Positions 61,752 through 64,000 of a stretch of DNA of 64,000 nt are shown one piece after another. This DNA comes from Bugula neritina (taxonomy: Eukaryota > Animalia > Bryozoa). The translations under genes and the position numbers were made by a program. Within the stretch, counting starts at the first letter, position 1, and each line of letters begins with the position of its first letter. The DNA lies in NCBI GenBank assembly GCA_964035545.1, contig OZ037765.1, forward strand, positions 18,972,995 through 19,036,994. Direction: 5' to 3'. The notes below the pieces were generated by a model. The model had not been told where the DNA came from. It ran no database searches and worked only from the letters and a program-made list of their open reading frames with translations.

Positions 61752-64000
61752 TCACCAAGTTTTCCTCCCGCGGTATGACCACTTCGTAAAGTGGTCGGTT
61801 AGTACTAGGATCCAATTATTGCCTCTGGGGGTCAGGGGCATGGGTCCGACCAGGTCTACAGCGACTACTTGCCAGGGCCTACCAGCGTATAGCCTCCGCC
61901 GTCCTGCTTCACCAGGGGGGCGGCTATGCTTACTGGCCTGGCAGATCTCACACTGTTTGACTCTGAGCCGGACATCACGCTCCATTTGTGGCCAATACCA
62001 CCGAAGTCGTAATTTGGACATCACTCGCTTGACCCCTGCGTGGGCCTGCTTGTGAGTATCCCAAATCAACTCACGGCGGATGGCTGTGGGGCAGACCACC
62101 CTCTTCCTTTCCGGGTGTCTGCCGCTGGCAGCTAGAGAGATGGTTAGTAACCCATCCTGCCCGATCCGCAGCGAGTCCCAACGCTGACAGTATAGCCGGA
62201 ACTCGGCGCATCCCTGTCGTATGCGTTCCTCGCTGGGTCGTCGCCCTTCCCTTTTGGCCCGGTATATGTCCGCCACGACTCCAGGCAGCTCTTCTTGGAG
62301 CTTCTTCAGCTCTCGAACATTACCGGCCAGTACAGGGTTGGTGCGGAGGTTTTGTACATCCTCCGGGGACTCATCAACTCTTTGCCTGAGTTGACCTTGA
62401 TCCCAGTCAAACGGTGCTCCGTGATGAGCCAGCGTCTCCAACTCGCATCGTGGGGGACCTCCATCCCTCCTCTCGATGTTGAGACACTGTTTGCAACCTT
62501 CGTCAGGTCGACGACTCAACCCATCCGCATTGCTGTGTCTCTTGCCCGGTCGATGTTCGATCCGGTATGAGAATTCAGCTAGGATTTCGAGCCACCGGGC
62601 GACCTGACTAGAGGGCTCTGCTCTCCTGCACAACCAGATCAGCGAGGCATGATCCGTACGCAGCCGGAACTTCCTGCCATATAGGTATGGTCTGAAGTGC
62701 TTCACTGACTTGATTACTGCCAGCAGCTCCTTGCGGGTAGTGCAGTAATTTCGTTCAGCGGGTGAGAGAGACTTGCTGTAGTAGGCTACTACTACCTCTC
62801 GGCCTTCCTGCACTTGTGACAGCACAGCGCCAACATTCTGGTCACTGGCGTCCGTGTCTAGGATGTACTCCAGAGTGAGGTCTGGGTAGGCCAAGATGGG
62901 CGCCGTTAGTAGGCAGCCCTTGAGGCGGTCGAACGCTTCTTGTTCGACTGGAGTCCACTGCCACGTCACCCCCTTTGCGGTGAGCCGGTTTAACGGCTGA
63001 GCTATGCCCGCAAAGTCTGGTATGTATTGCCTGTAATACCCTACCAGCCCCAAGAAAGCCCGGAGTCCGGTCAAGTCTTGGGGGGTGACCCAATCTTCTA
63101 CTGCCCGTACCTTTTTGGGATCCGTTGCCACGCCGTTTCGACCGACAACGTGCCCCAGGTACTTGACCTCCGGCTGCAATAGAGCGCACTTGGAAGGTTT
63201 GAGCTTAAGACCGGCACCTCGGAGTCTCTCGAAAACCTCTTGCAGACGACTGACATGTGTCTCGAAGTCTGGAGAGATTACGATGACATCATCGAGGTAG
63301 ACCAGCAGTGTCTTCCAATGGAGTCCGCTAAGGACTTGTTCCATCAGCCTCTGGAAGGTGGCTGGGGCGGAGGTTAACCCGAAGGGCAGCACCTTCCACT
63401 TCCACAAACCGTCCCGTTTTATAAACGCCGCTTTCTCTTGGGCGTCGGGACTCAGAGGAACCTGCCAATAGCCGCTTAGCAAGTCTAACGTACTGAAGTA
63501 CTTGCTGCCGGCTAGGGCGTCCAATGACTCGTCAATACGAGGTAGAGGGTAGGCGTCCTGTATGGTTACGCTATTGAGTTTGCGGTAGTCCACACAGAAC
63601 CGCCAACTGCCGTCTTTCTTCCGGACCAGTACGACTGGCGAGCTCCACGCACTATGGGCGGGCTCTATCAGTCCCCGGTCCAGAAGATCCCGTACTTGTC
63701 GGCTAACCTCCTTCTCTTTCTCCGGCCCCAGCCTGCGCGTGGGCTGCCGGACATGGACTGTCCCTGCAGTCATCGGTATTTCGTGTCTGACAATTCCAGT
63801 CAGTCCCACGTCATGCTCTCCGCTGCTGAACACATCACCGTAGTCGCGTAGTAACTTAGCCATAGCTTGGCGTTCCCTGTTACTCGCGCAGCCGCCACTG
63901 GCTGTTTCATATAACTCCCGGAGATGTGTTGGGACTGCCCCTCGTCCCTGAATAGGGTGTCGAGGGAGTGCCTCTGTCGCATCATCCAGCGACGGGCCTA
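61752..64000 (-). CDS. pol: Gypsy Pol (RT, RNase H, integrase N-terminus; integrase core deleted)
   Basis: The frame is open to the window edge. RT WRFCVDYRKLN/LPFGL/YLDD, RNase H DTDAS...ELLAV...TDH, IN H-x3-H...C-x2-C and VAVDLVGP...TDHFTKW, then an abrupt loss of homology. Confidence 0.93.
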   Translation of the reverse strand, partial: GPSLDDATEALPRHPIQGRGAVPTHLRELYETASGGCASNRERQAMAKLLRDYGDVFSSGEHDVGLTGIVRHEIPMTAGTVHVRQPTRRLGPEKEKEVSRQVRDLLDRGLIEPAHSAWSSPVVLVRKKDGSWRFCVDYRKLNSVTIQDAYPLPRIDESLDALAGSKYFSTLDLLSGYWQVPLSPDAQEKAAFIKRDGLWKWKVLPFGLTSAPATFQRLMEQVLSGLHWKTLLVYLDDVIVISPDFETHVSRLQEVFERLRGAGLKLKPSKCALLQPEVKYLGHVVGRNGVATDPKKVRAVEDWVTPQDLTGLRAFLGLVGYYRQYIPDFAGIAQPLNRLTAKGVTWQWTPVEQEAFDRLKGCLLTAPILAYPDLTLEYILDTDASDQNVGAVLSQVQEGREVVVAYYSKSLSPAERNYCTTRKELLAVIKSVKHFRPYLYGRKFRLRTDHASLIWLCRRAEPSSQVARWLEILAEFSYRIEHRPGKRHSNADGLSRRPDEGCKQCLNIERRDGGPPRCELETLAHHGAPFDWDQGQLRQRVDESPEDVQNLRTNPVLAGNVRELKKLQEELPGVVADIYRAKREGRRPSEERIRQGCAEFRLYCQRWDSLRIGQDGLLTISLAASGRHPERKRVVCPTAIRRELIWDTHKQAHAGVKRVMSKLRLRWYWPQMERDVRLRVKQCEICQASKHSRPPGEAGRRRLYAGRPWQVVAVDLVGPMPLTPRGNNWILVLTDHFTKWSYRGRKTW

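Larger units (their letters stand above)
59560..64000 (-). mobile_element. Young Ty3/Gypsy LTR retrotransposon (element 3, 5' part outside window) in intron 1 of copy C
   Basis: Open pol, extra ORF, PPT-like GGTGGGGGCGG at about 59875-59865, and a putative 3' LTR 59560-59864 (TGT...ACA). Confidence 0.92.

Noticed and set aside
61421-63851. Plus-strand ORFs antisense to pol
   Set aside because: Shadow ORFs expected on the antisense strand of a GC-rich coding region; no independent motifs.

Overview
AT-rich eukaryotic (invertebrate-like) genomic window with spliceosomal introns. It holds a minus-strand tandem array of three type-B carboxylesterase (alpha/beta-hydrolase, cholinesterase-like fold) genes with a shared 10-exon plan. 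Copy A has exons 1-9 (22823->141) and its last exon lies left of the window. Copy B (44084->30836) has lost exons 7-9 by deletion. Copy C has exons 2-10 (58343->47367) and its exon 1 lies right of the window. Introns and spacers are filled with mobile DNA: three Ty3/Gypsy LTR elements in the host-gene orientation, a young non-autonomous BEL/Pao element, a Penelope-like fragment with a hammerhead ribozyme, a hammerhead-bearing tandem retrozyme array, tRNA-headed SINEs, MITEs and microsatellites. The strongest novelty candidates are (1) a two-exon zinc-finger/Arg-rich/coiled-coil accessory gene at the env position of a Gypsy element, with a decayed homologue in a second element; (2) a possible Tf1-like self-priming duplex in place of a tRNA primer site in the BEL/Pao element; (3) sense-oriented hammerhead retrozymes inside an esterase intron; and (4) an in-frame, His-less, GPI-signal-retaining esterase copy. 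All coordinates were read by eye and no searches were run.
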